From Octopus vulgaris (taxonomy: Eukaryota), in contig OX597814.1 in assembly GCA_951406725.2 (NCBI GenBank), positions 211,482,001-211,546,000 of the forward strand: DNA of 64,000 nucleotides. Direction: 5' to 3'. Positions 25,245 through 37,049 of this stretch are shown here, piece by piece. Position 1 is the stretch's first letter. The number at the start of each line of letters is the position of its first letter. Below the pieces are notes generated by a model. It was not told the DNA's origin and did no database searches. It saw only the letters and a program-made list of their open reading frames with translations. Made by a program: the position numbers and the translations under genes.

Positions 25245-26745
25245 AGGCCGAGTGAAAAATAGCAATAGTAAATATCAGCTGCTCAAAGCTGTTCTCTTCG
25301 GAACAGTCGGAGCAGTCATATATTTTGTGGAGCACGATGGAGAGGCTAGATCAGGAATGGATAAGGGAATATAGAATTTTCGCAGTGATTGCAAAGGTTA
25401 AAAATTATCAAGTCGAATGGAATGAATGGAGAAGTTATGCGAAAATGATGAGGCGTGAAGGAGCCAATTCAGCCCGATAAAATGATTGTTAACAAAAAGG
25501 AGTGTACTATTACATACAAGACACATTCGGTAGTTACTGACAATATAGAAGAAATGACGACGACCCAAGTGGAGAAGGTTCCAAGACCAATCCGGCAAGA
25601 TATAACGTATCTTGCCAGAGGGACCAAGTACGGAACGATGGAAGTAATATTCAGAGATGCAGACATGGCAAGGCTGAATGCGGCAAATATTTTAAAGAGT
25701 TATGAAGTGGTGATGTTGCCTATGTACCATGGAAGGCGTTCTGTAAAGGTCAGTGTGGAGGGAATCCCACCAAAAGTCGACGTGGCCTGGATAGCAGTCA
25801 CTTTCTAACTCGGTCATGAGAAGGAGATAGCGGTTCTTCAGGTCACAAAGACAGATATTAGGCATTCGAAAGGGCAAACATTAAATATGGTTATTCAAAG
25901 GCCGAAAGAAATTGAGGAAATACCAGAAACAATAGCAATTGAAGATATTAATAATGTGGGTCAGAGTAGAGCTGAGGATTCCTTGATGCTACAAGTGTGG
26001 CCAGAAAGGCCACATTAGAACTACCCTCTACAAGTCAAAAGAACAGACAAGAGAAACCAGCGGAAACAGAAGAAAAAGAGAGCGAATCAGAACGAGAATT
26101 GGAAACAAACGGTAGGAAATGGAAAATGAAGAAACCGAGTAAAACAAGCACAGAACCCCACGCCACCCACACTCTTCCTCCCATACGCCCCTACCCGCCC
26201 ACCTCTGACATACAAACAAACACATGCGGAGATAAGCCTTTCAACTTTCCCACCTGCCGGAAAAAAAAGAATAAGAACAACTATGCAATAATGTATGGCA
26301 ATGCTAGCAAGAAATTGTGCGAGGAGATAAAAACGTGGAAATACATAAGAGCGGTATATAAAAATAAATTGGATAACGTGCATTGCTGCCTGTTATTAAA
26401 TGAGACACAAAAAGAAAAACAAGGTTTAAAAGCGGTTTTAGAATGTGGGGAAATAGGCCTGGATATTGGAAAATTGCCACGGCATTTGGAGTACGTACAA
26501 CTATAGAAGCAGTACAAGTTCGAGATCTTGGCAAGAACAAAATACAAAAAGTGAACATAAAAATATAAATGAAGTGACTCCGTGGTGGGGCTGAGTGAAC
26601 TTCATTCCATTTCTCATTTTCACTTTTCATCCATTATAACATACGTCTTTTAATTTTTTCCATTTTTCATGCCTGTTATATGTCCCCACATGTCCTTGTA
26701 ATGTCCCCCTCTCCGTTAGCCCCTTGTGGGTGATAAAGAAACAAA
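25245..26745 (+). mobile_element. ORF1-only LINE-like element with CCHC-type zinc knuckle
   Basis: ORF 25455-25808 (...YGTMEVIF...VMLPMYHGRRSVKVSVEGIPP) and CYKCGQKGHIR at ~25988-26020. Stop at 26506, then a T-rich UTR and tail. No EN or RT. Confidence 0.6.
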
Positions 26746-26859
26746 TTACAGTGTTACTGTTATCATTATTTTTTTTTCCAAAAGACACGTCATTTTCTTG
26801 TTGTCCAGTTGAAAATACAGAAGAGCATCGAATTAGATATTCAAAAGTATTAATACTCT

Positions 26860-28760
26860 TTCTAAAGTCCAGAGTCGGAACACCCATTGCGATCAAATTT
26901 GTTTTTCAATCAACTTTCCGGGTCGATAAAAATCGTACAATGCGTGTACTTGAGAGACATTTACAAATGTCTGGCTTCACACTAATGTGAAAAACGTTTA
27001 TTGTTGACGCAAATAGTGCTGTTGTTGATGCTATTGTTATTGTTGCCATTGTTGTTACTGTAACGTGGGTATCACTTTAAATATATTGTTTCAAATGGTG
27101 TTTTCGTCGTATTATAAATACCTAATTGCCATAAATTTAGTCTGCGTTTATTTTTGCTGTAACTTCATACTGTGTAATTTGTTACAATGGATTCGTCAAA
27201 AACAATACTTCAACTGATAGAATGGCAAGTCTTCATTCCACGGGTTTGTGTTCCGAGTTCTAATTCTGTTAAGAACAGCTTTGTGTTTCATTTATTGGAG
27301 TTGATAAGTGAAAGTACCAGTGAACTATGGGGTCGAGTTGATCGAGCAGTTCACTCATTAGCAAAACGAGGGACTGATCTTTTTATCTAAATTAGAAATA
27401 AATTTTATTAGTAATATTTCTTGGTGTGCTAGGTGGCAAAACTGTTAGCGTTTTAGGAAAAAATGCTTAGCTGTATTTCTTCCAAATTTACGTTCTGAGC
27501 TCAAATTCCACTAAAGTCGACGTTACTTTCAGAACCGACCTTTCACTCAAGCACTAGAGACGATGTTATTGACAGCTCACTCCACTAAGCTTTCGAGCCA
27601 GGTACCTATATCAGAAAGATTTATTACTTGAGCTACTGGCAGGCTAGCTGTAACGTTAACGTATTGGATGCGGTATTTGGATTTAGTTTTTTGGCTATTA
27701 CGTACTGGTTCAAATTTCCTCGAAGATGGCTTTCATTTACTTTTTGCTGTCGATAAAATAAATTACCAGTCAAGTTTTGGTGTTGATCTTATCATTTAAC
27801 ATCTACCACTAAAATTGTCAGCGCTATGTCTAATTTACGCGCACCTAATTTGGACTGTGAATTTGAAGAACCATCAGAGTACCCAGAAAATGAATTGCAC
27901 TGCGTGTTCATACATGACCCTAAACGAATTTAATTTCCACCACTGCGCGAACTATCAAAAGGTACTAATCAAGTTTTCACATCGTTATAATCAACTAATT
28001 CCACCCCACTAAGTTCAGGCCTTATGCTAGTAATAGTAAATCGTTAATATTATTGATAGTCAAAATGACAGAATCTTTAGTTCATCAGCAAAAATCGTAT
28101 GCGGCTCTTCCTGCTGGGTCAATATATCCCGATTTCAAATCCAGCCAAGGGAAACAGTCGCTTTCTACCTTCCTCGGATGACTAAAATTAAAATACTAAT
28201 GCACAATTGAGATTGAAGTTATCGACTACCACATTTCCTAAACTTATATATTTCTTTATTACCCACAAGAGGCTAAACCTAGAGGGGACAAACAGGGACA
28301 GACAAAGGGATTAAGTCGATCACATCAATCCCAGTGCGTAACTGGTACTTAATTTATCGACCGCGAAAGGATGAAAGGCAAAGTCGACCTCGGCGGAATT
28401 TGAACCTTTCCTAAACTCGTACCTATGCTAGAAACAATTAAAGATCTGAGAAAGTGCGGAATACTTAGAGCTGTCGAATAAAAATGTGATGTGGTATTTC
28501 TTTCAGCTCATTACGTTCCAAGTTCAAATCCCGTGATGAATATATCTCTCTCCCAAATTTCAGGCCTCGCATTTATTGTAAAATATGTATTTGTATTGCA
28601 TACTGCTAGGGCGCGGGGTTTGAAGAACCGTTAGATCGTTGGATATAAAGCTTTAGATTATTTCTCCGAGATCTATACATATCGAAATGAAATCTCACCG
28701 AGGCCAGTTACACATGTCTTTCTTTTTGGGAGTCAGAAAATAAATAACGCCAGTTTAAAT
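26860..28760 (+). mobile_element. Cluster of about eight degraded family-2 SINE units, mostly head-to-tail
   Basis: Recurrent g..agaa.cgttag / gttcaaat / gtcgataaa / gtaccag motifs at ~200-bp spacing. Confidence 0.6.
28245..28406 (-). mobile_element. Young 5'-truncated family-2 SINE with 11-bp TSD
   Basis: TSD tttcctaaact at 28234-28244 and 28407-28417. Body matches the reverse complement of 11040-11195. Confidence 0.88.
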
Positions 28761-30169
28761 ATGCTCGCTACAGTTTTAATTATTTTAGGTCTTGCTTTGT
28801 CAGTTCTGCTGTTGGATCTTTCTCTTTGGCTAAATTTTGGCATCACCTGTTTCTAGTGTTTGGTATGTAAATGCTCTTTAAGTACAATTGAAATATTGTC
28901 CTTATACTTCAGTAGCCTCATTCTTATTGCAGTTATTATTGTTATAGATTCTTAAACAGTTTTATAAAACAGGCAGAAATAAAATTTCGAATCGTGATAG
29001 CCTTTAGAGACCAGGATAATTATGTATCTATTTTTCATATATTTCCTTTAGATTTTTAAAGTGTAATATAGCTTTGTTCACTGTAGGGATACTGTCTATT
29101 GTGTAATACACGTTACTGAAGTGGTTGTAAGTTCAATGCAACCTACTATTTATATTTCTTCTTAGTGCAATAATGTATAAAGTATTGTAATGTGGTACAC
29201 TGCTTGAAATGGTTCTAAAAATACTTTTCTTTCTCTTTTGATATATTTCCCATTATACTTCTAAGAGGCTGCAAAACATCAGTAAGTTAAGCAAGTCAGC
29301 CACCCGACTCGATTGCAAGTTCACTCTATTTATGCCATTAACTCCTTTAAGAACGGACTATACTCTGTGACTTGTTATTTCTACTTTTATTCTGAAATAT
29401 AACTTCAGTGTACCTACAGCAGTAGAACATATTATAAATAAATAAAGAAATAAAGTAAACCTTTGTTAGTTATACATCAAAGGAAATTTTGTTTTTGCTA
29501 CTAGGTGTCAAAGTGATGTCAATATTCCAATGTTTTCCTTTGTAGGAATGTAATATTTTTGTCTAACACCGTGGTGAAAAGCAAATATATTATCTGTTTC
29601 AAACTGACATTGTGCTTCTCACAATAAATAAGTTTCCTTTCACTGTGAACTATAGATACTACGGGCAAATCCACAAATAGTTGAATATATCGATGCCCCA
29701 CAGACCGATCAAATAGATAGTTATGATATCAAGTTCAGACTATTATTATAGTTTTGTAGTGTACCACTGTAAAGTCCCTGTATTATGTAGTTTTCCTTTT
29801 ATATTATGAATCAGAAAACACTTGGTCAATACATTTATGGATACATTAACTCAAGAAATAATTGGTGGTTAAGAGGCACGTTTTGAATCACACGTAGTGG
29901 TAGATTAAGCCCTACAATGCGAGCAACGTAAGGTAGTATATTTTTGTATTATAACCCACAAACTAATACATTCTGAGTCTCATTTGCCAGACAGTGTATG
30001 TGATAAGAGTGGGAATTAGGGATTCTAGAAAAATATATATCAATAAAACGTACTACACTAAATGCAATGTAATGCCTCAATGTAACAAAGCCAAAAACTG
30101 AGTTCCATAATATACTGTATTCCTATGCTGTGGCTCAAAGAAGCCACATTCCTGATGAAATAATGTGAT

Positions 30170-30575
30170 TCTTATTTCTTTATTGCCCTCAAGGGGCTAA
30201 GCATAGAGGGGACAGACAAGGATAGTCAAACGGATTAAGTCAATTACATCGACCCCAGTGCCTAACTGGTAGTTATTTAATAGACCCCGAAAGGATGAAA
30301 GGCAAAGTCGACCTCGGCGGAATTTGATCTCAGAACGTAACGGCAGACGAAATGCCTATTTATTTACTACTCACAAGGGACTAAACACAGAGTGGACAGA
30401 CAAATGGATTAAGTCAATTATATCGACCCCAGTGCGTAACTGGTACTTATTTAATAGATCCTGAATGGATGAAAGGCAAAGTCGACCTCGGTGTAATTTG
30501 ATCTGAGAACGTAACGGCAGACAAAATACCGCCAAGCATTTCACCCGGCGTGCTAACGTTTCTGCCAGCTCGCCG
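30170..30575 (-). mobile_element. Dimeric family-2 SINE
   Basis: Two body+tail units behind a single head (ggcgagctggcagaaacgttagcacgccggg). Confidence 0.88.
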
Positions 30576-31861
30576 TCGGAAAACTGACAGTACTTCCCAA
30601 TGTAATACAAAAAACTAACCGAAGTCATGGTTAAGTATTCGGAAGATTAAATTTGAAACTTTATTCTACTCAACACTTTAACGCAAGTAGTTTTAACATG
30701 CCGTACTGTCGCAGGGAACACTTTCACGTTCGATGCTGAATATGCATATACTTACTGTTTGTAAACATCAAATCATTCTTTTTCTGGTAAGACGTTTCCA
30801 GTCACTTCTGTCATCTAATGATATCAGTTTTAGCAGTATTCACGCTAGACCACTGAAGGATTGGTGCCATTTCCAAGTATGTGTTAATGATCCAACATGA
30901 AATAATTACGCATTCATCTCCTTCTTTTTATCTGCCTATATCAAATGCGTGGAAACGTGTCACATTCCAAAATTGGGCAACCAGTATTTCTCTGATGATT
31001 GGAAGATGGAAAGCAGTTTTGATAATATTTGTTTATCGAGAAACTAATCATGTTCGCAAAGAACATGGCTGGTTTTCAATTGGTTTCAATCAGATACTTC
31101 CGTCTTCAGAGTGGAGTGCAATTTATGTAATAGAGCGCACATCGATGCATATTCTACGAACCATTTTATGCCTCACTTCTTATTATGCACTTCTCGTCCG
31201 CTTTAACCACAATTCTCTCTCTGAAATTTCAAAATAAGCCACGTATATGATATAGCTCGTCGTCATCTCTATTCGATCAGTATACAACGTGTATACATAC
31301 TGGCAAACAGAGCACTTCAAACCTGAGTTTCCCAACACATAAGATTAAATATCTCCAAAATATAACTGTAAAATGAAGTGAGTGTGAATCGTACGAATAT
31401 ATAATGCGCATAATAAGAAAATAAAGAATTACCCCATATATTTCAGCACAATAGCATTATGCACCCTATGAGGTAAACCCCTTAAAACTTTCACCAAAAC
31501 TGAATCCTTACAAAGATATTTGTCATTGACCATAAAGATGACAGTAATTTATTAAATTAATCAAAAATTAATATTCATGTTTTAAAGTCTGTTTTATTAT
31601 CCACATAATAACCTAGGATTTTCTCCTAAGGATAGAGACGTCCAGAGCACTAAGATATGCTGATATTGTATCATGTATTTGCTATTAATATTGGTGTACT
31701 ACTCACACAACGTGGTGCTACAACTACTAATCACATTTTAGGTAACTTTCCCCGAAAAGAACAGGCAGCACCGTCTTGCAATAACGATCTTTGTTCTATA
31801 TCGTGACTTGTTTCTTACTTTCAAACATTTCCTAGTTCTGAATTAATACACTTTGTATCCA

Positions 31862-32050
31862 AGGTGGTGAGCTGGCAGAAACTTTAGCACGCCTGGCGAA
31901 ATGCTTAGCAAGTATTTCGTCTCCCGTTACGTTCTGAGTTCAAATTCCACCAAGGTCGATTTTGCCTTTCATCCTTTCAGGGTCTATTAAATAAGTACCA
32001 GTTACGCATTGGGGTCGATATAATTGACTTAATCCATTTGTCTGTCTTTG
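31862..32050 (+). mobile_element. Family-2 SINE
   Basis: ggtggtgagctggcagaaac...gagttcaaattccaccaaggtcgattttgcctttcatcc. Confidence 0.85.
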
Positions 32051-32679
32051 TTACATCGAGGCATAACATTGCATTTAGTGTAGTACGTTTCATTGATATA
32101 TATTTTTCTCGAATCCCTAATTTTCACTCTTATCACATACACTGTCTGCCAAATGAGACCAGCAACAGTAGTTTCGAATTTTTGCACAAAGCCAGCACTT
32201 TTGATGGTGGAGTCTGCCCGTGTCCATCAACACTCGGTGGTCAACTACTACTTATATTGTCGAGCACGAGAGGATAATAAAACCGGTGAGTTGTATCTGT
32301 GATACTCTGCATTAAAATGGGAGAAAATGTAAACGCTTATGTAGATCTCATAAAGAGAAAAAGCAAAGCTGACATCGGAGAATTCGAATTTTATAATTAA
32401 AGCGCCGCTGATAAATACTGTAAAATATTTTGTCGAAGTTTTAATAATACAATTGTTTTACGTTGCGCACAAAACACAAACATAGATATTATTCCCCAGA
32501 CTTGAAAATCTGCGGGCACCTGCAAAGAAGTAAGCGTAGTTTATACCCAAGGGTAGTAGGTAGTGTTCTAGGTGTTTGAATCTTAGAAAACCGAATTTGC
32601 TAATTGTAAATAGTCTATAAAATAATTTAGCGCGAATATACGGAATTATGGTCAATCGAAAATGACAATGATATTGGAT

Positions 32680-33360
32680 ACTTGTTCATTATTTACATTA
32701 TTTACATTTGACGGACATTTGTCATCTTGTTTGTTATTAGCACAACGTGGAAGCGCAATGGCCCAGTGGTTAGGGCAGCGGACTCGTGGTCATAGGATCG
32801 CGGTTTCGATTCCCAGACCGGGCGTTGTGAGTGTTTATTGAGCGAAAACACCTAAAGCTCCACGAGGCTCCGGCAGGGGATGGTGGTGATCCCTGCTGTA
32901 CTCTTTCACCACAACTTTCTCTCACTCATACTTCCTGTTTCTGTTGTACCTGTATTTCAAGGGGCCGGCCTTGTCACTCTCTGTGTCACGCTGAATATCC
33001 CCGAGAACTACGTTAAGGGTGCACGTGTCTGTGGAGTGCTCAGCCACTTACACGTTAATTTCACGAGCAGGCTGTTCCGAAACCCTCATCGTCGTAACCG
33101 ACAGAGTGCTTCCATATTAGCACAACGTTTCGGATGAAATGCCCTCCCGCCTTCAACAAGTGTCTTGGGGAAATTTCGAACCTGGTTTCTCATTCCTAAG
33201 GTATTTTTCGATGTAATTATTTTTATCATTATTATTATTATTGTTATTCTGTTCACAGCCTGGAATCGAGCTCGGAATCTTGGGGTTAGTAGCCCGCGCG
33301 CTTAACCATAACGCCATATGCCCGTCAAAATGTAAATATTGTAAATAATGTAAACAAGTC
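32680..33360 (-). mobile_element. tRNA-headed element with degenerate hammerhead and terminal inverted duplication, interrupted by a family-1 SINE
   Basis: Minus-strand head TGGCGTTATGG...GCTCGATTCC at 33323-33260, then (AAT)n, then gacac-TTGTTGA...cc-GAAAC-GTT-gtg at 33164-33121. 32681-32714 is an inverted copy of 33322-33358. Confidence 0.6.
32747..33114 (+). mobile_element. tRNA-derived SINE, family 1, with 14-bp TSD
   Basis: TSD tattagcacaacgt at 32735-32748 and 33115-33128. Lacks the ttgatcggatcaa hairpin present in the other two copies. Confidence 0.92.
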
Positions 33361-35395
33361 CTCATCTCTTTAATATAGAATTCGAAGATACTTGTTAGTA
33401 ACTTTTAGATTGTGGTTATCATAGCATGTAGTTTAATAGTATCATACTTGCCAAAATATTAGCGAATATGCTTTGCACTCCTCAATTTCGTATCTGCTTC
33501 GATTGCCTGACCCATCCTCTTAAAATTTTCTACGACCTATTGAGGTACAAATCATTATCTTCTATTAATCACTCCAAAAGTAATTATTATATCAATGTTA
33601 AGCGTTCAGTGTTGTTTAACAGTACGTCAATGCAAATATTGCTTTTGTCTTTGCTAAGAACAAAAATGTTCTAAATAATACGCAAGCTTTCTCGAGTATA
33701 GACTGGAAAACCTACTTTGGAAAATGTTCAGCTATAGTACTGAGTCAATGTGTTGTTAAAATAGTACTAAGGTATTGGGTGTTGCTAAATCGAGATAAAC
33801 TAACCATTCATATAGAAGTTCGCTAACTAAAAAGGCGGTTAACATTATCTCAACTTTGTTTTCAACCTGCTGAAGAAAATAAATCCAGTGGGATACTTAG
33901 ACAATTTATTCGACAATCTCTTGCTACATTTGTAGCATTGTGACTACGTTACAAATAATGATTTTCATTGTTGTTGCAGACATGAAATGTATATTTAGGC
34001 AAAATATTAATAACCGGCATTCTGGTTTTGAAACATATTTTATTGATCCATTGTTAGAAATTACAGAACACTGGGCTAAATAATGTATTAACTGTCTTGT
34101 TCATTTATAATAATTCGATGTTTAATTTCAGCGATGTACGTTTTGTCTCTCATCTCACAGTTGCCTATGTAATACGTACTTGTGAGATGCTAAAGAGATA
34201 ATTGTCTATCCTGTTAACAATGCCAGTCGTTAGTCAGTCAGTTTGACGTTCCAATCTATGGAATAACGAACTCTTCTGTCCGCCTGTGTCCGTTACCGAA
34301 TATATAGAAATCGAATTCGAAATACACCTAATATCTTGTCTGGATTATGTTTGTCGTTCACACCATTAAACATTAATGTCTTGGAAATTTAGCGAGCGAA
34401 TTATATAATAATTTCGAAAGCATTTTCCTTATTCAAACGCTCACAGAAATTAATCGCAAAGCTGATTCTTCAAGTTGAAGCAGTTTACTGGAGACCTAAG
34501 TGTAGACGAAGAACGAGATAGTTGGATCATATTCATAACCGCTCTTGGATTTACGCCCCTTTTTAAGATGTACCTGAAGTCTCTGCTCCGACGATCCTCT
34601 CAGGAATAGTGGACGGAGACGATGGGATGGGATTTTCTTTGTTAATCACGTTGTTGTTGCTGTGTTTCTTTTAGTTGTTGACATTATTATGTACTTTCAT
34701 TTGTGGTTGATGTACTTCTTGAAGCTCCTCCCTGTCTTTGGCAATATACAAAGTAGTAGTGTTCGTCACGGCGTACAAAAATCTAACTCTAAAATTCAAA
34801 ATTGTTTCCTTATAAAACTATTACCACTTGATTAGAGGTAGCGCTTGCTACTATTTCTAGTAACAAAGGCAACCAAATGATATTTGCATGAGTGCGTGTT
34901 AGTTATTTGTTTGTGTTGCAGTGATTGCTTTTGCTTTTGAATTCACGTTTTAGAATGACGAAGCTTATTCATTTAGCATCAAGTGATAGTAATACCATTT
35001 GTCGTTATTATTCCTTTATTGTTTTTAATATTATTTTCATTGCTTTTAGCTTTGTTGATGTTTTTGTTACTAGTGTAGCTTGTGCATTCTTCTGCTAGTT
35101 GTTATCGACATAGCATTCAATAATTCCTCGAGTATTGTTTCTGAGCTGTTGATCGAATTTGAGGAAATAATTTTATGTTTGTATTCTTGTTATTATTTAT
35201 TTTAATAACTACATTTGTTGGTGTTGCTATTATTTAAAAATATTTTTTATATTATTACTGTTATTATTTCATAAAAAAATGTGATATCTCATGTGAAATA
35301 CTATCGCTTGTTATTCTACACGTTATATGCCAACGGTATTGCAGTACTATTATATTTGATATTTTCATAATGGCAGGTGGCGTGATGGTGGTGGT

Positions 35396-35485
35396 GATTC
35401 TTCTTCTTCTTCTTCTTCTTCTTCTTCTTCTTCTTCTTCTTCTTCTTCTTCTTCTTCTTCTTCTTCTTCTTCTTCTTCTTCTTCT

Positions 35486-35532
<47 letters not shown>

Positions 35533-35534
35533 TT

Positions 35535-35596
<62 letters not shown>

Positions 35597-35840
35597 CATT
35601 ATTATTATTATTGATATTATTATTATTATTATTATTATTATCAATATTATTATTATTGTTGTTGTTATTATTATTGTTATTAATATTATTATTATTATCA
35701 ATAGTATTATTATTGTTGCTGTTGTTATCATTATACTACTACAACTACTAATACTACTACTATCATTATTATTACAGTTGTCACAGTCATCGACGTCGAC
35801 GTAATCATCATGATCACCATGATGATCATCATCATCATTA
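35396..35840. repeat. Compound (CTT)n-(ATT)n-(CTA)n-(CAT)n microsatellite
   Basis: Seen directly. Confidence 0.95.
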
Positions 35841-36129
35841 TTAAATATTATTTTTACTTGTGTACTCTGGTGCTGAGTGGATCGCCAAGATTGGACGGTG
35901 TGCACGCGGAACAACATTTCCACTCTTGCTGGAAATATTCGTTCCTCTCTCGGCACTGATCTTCTGCAGCTGGTAACAAGCTGGTAGCATTCCCGGTTGT
36001 ATTAGACAGGGAACAGCGGGAATGCCGAGGAAGGATAAAAAGAAGAGAAGGAATTGACGGAAAATTTGAAAGACAACTTTATTAAACACGAAGAAAATGA
36101 TTTTAGCAAAATTATTACGGAGAATCTTG

Positions 36130-36520
36130 CGCTTGCTGTACGGGTCCGCTTCTATACGTGTGGGCTCTTGAGCCATTGCTGCGACAGTTGGAGAAGTTGG
36201 GAGGCAACCCTAATGAAATCGGATGCGGTAAGTCGGTCTCTGCTTATGCGGATGACGTCGCCTTCATCGTGTCCAACGAAACGCAGCTACCTTCTGTAGA
36301 GGACGATATAAAAGGATACAGGGCGGTGGCAGGGGCAAAAGTTAACAAGGACAAGTCCATCGGATTGCGCCTCAGCAGCTGGAGGAGCAAGTTGATATCG
36401 TCCAGTGTCGTGTGTCAATAGACACATGGTCCAGTCAAGTTGCTTGAAGTTTGGTTCGGACAGGACAACCATACGGAGAAGAATTGGGGTTGAGGTGCGA
36501 GACAATGTGGAGGCTCTAGT
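36130..36520 (+). pseudogene. Tx1/L1-clade reverse transcriptase fragment
   Basis: GPLLYVWALEPLLRQL...SAYADDVAFIV...YRAVAGAKVNKDKS...PVKLLEVWFG: RT domains 4-7 with YADD. Confidence 0.85.
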
Positions 36521-36675
36521 GCGGACAGCAGATGAGTAAAATGCTTTAACTGCGGAGAGACTGACAAAAAGATCACATGCGGTACCGGAATGTACAGTGC
36601 GGACAGCAGATGAGTAAAATGCTTTAACTGCGGAGAGACTGACAAAAAGATCACATGCGGTACCAGAATGTACAG
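36518..36675. repeat. 78-bp near-perfect tandem duplication
   Basis: agtgcggacagcagatgagtaaaatgc...ggtacc[g/a]gaatgtac, starting at 36518 and 36596. Confidence 0.93.
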
Positions 36676-37016
36676 CATGAAAACTTATAAAAAAAAGGCA
36701 TGTTAAATGCAATCAAATAAAGATTCCCTTTCAGAAATTCACGAGCGTTAATCGAGGATTATCCACAAAAGCGAGTTTATTCTAACCACTCAGGCACGTG
36801 TCTTCGCTTGTTCCCAGTTTTCCATTGCAGGCATTTACTGAGATAAAGTCCGTTCACCCGGAACTTGCTCGCAACTATCCTCCTCGTTTAAATACATGTG
36901 AGAGGCAGGCAACTCCAGCTCTGCCTTGATTTTCTTTTTCAAATGAAAATTTCAGAAATTGATGACAATTTCGCCAAATAAGATGTTTACCTTCAGTTCG
37001 TTTCCTACTCCTACTC

Positions 37017-37049
<33 letters not shown>

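Noticed and set aside
30985-31115. Isolated CTGATGA/CTGAAGA hits (also near 10293, 11824, 18273, 30152, 33870, 57728)
   Set aside because: No properly placed GAAA with pairable stems I-III; expected by chance in AT-rich DNA.
32750-32822. tRNA-like sequences (also 5125-5195, 20105-20178, 33260-33323, 50890-50960)
   Set aside because: They are SINE heads followed by body and tail, so not called as tRNA genes.
32831-33137. Same short peptides (MFIERKHLKL..., MVVIPAVLFHH...) recurring three times in the window
   Set aside because: Incidental ORFs inside family-1 SINE copies, with frames not conserved between copies.
35264-35956. 230-aa ORF with poly-Ile and poly-Arg, protamine-like or membrane-like in appearance
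   Set aside because: Entirely due to (ATT)n and (CTT)n trinucleotide tracts.
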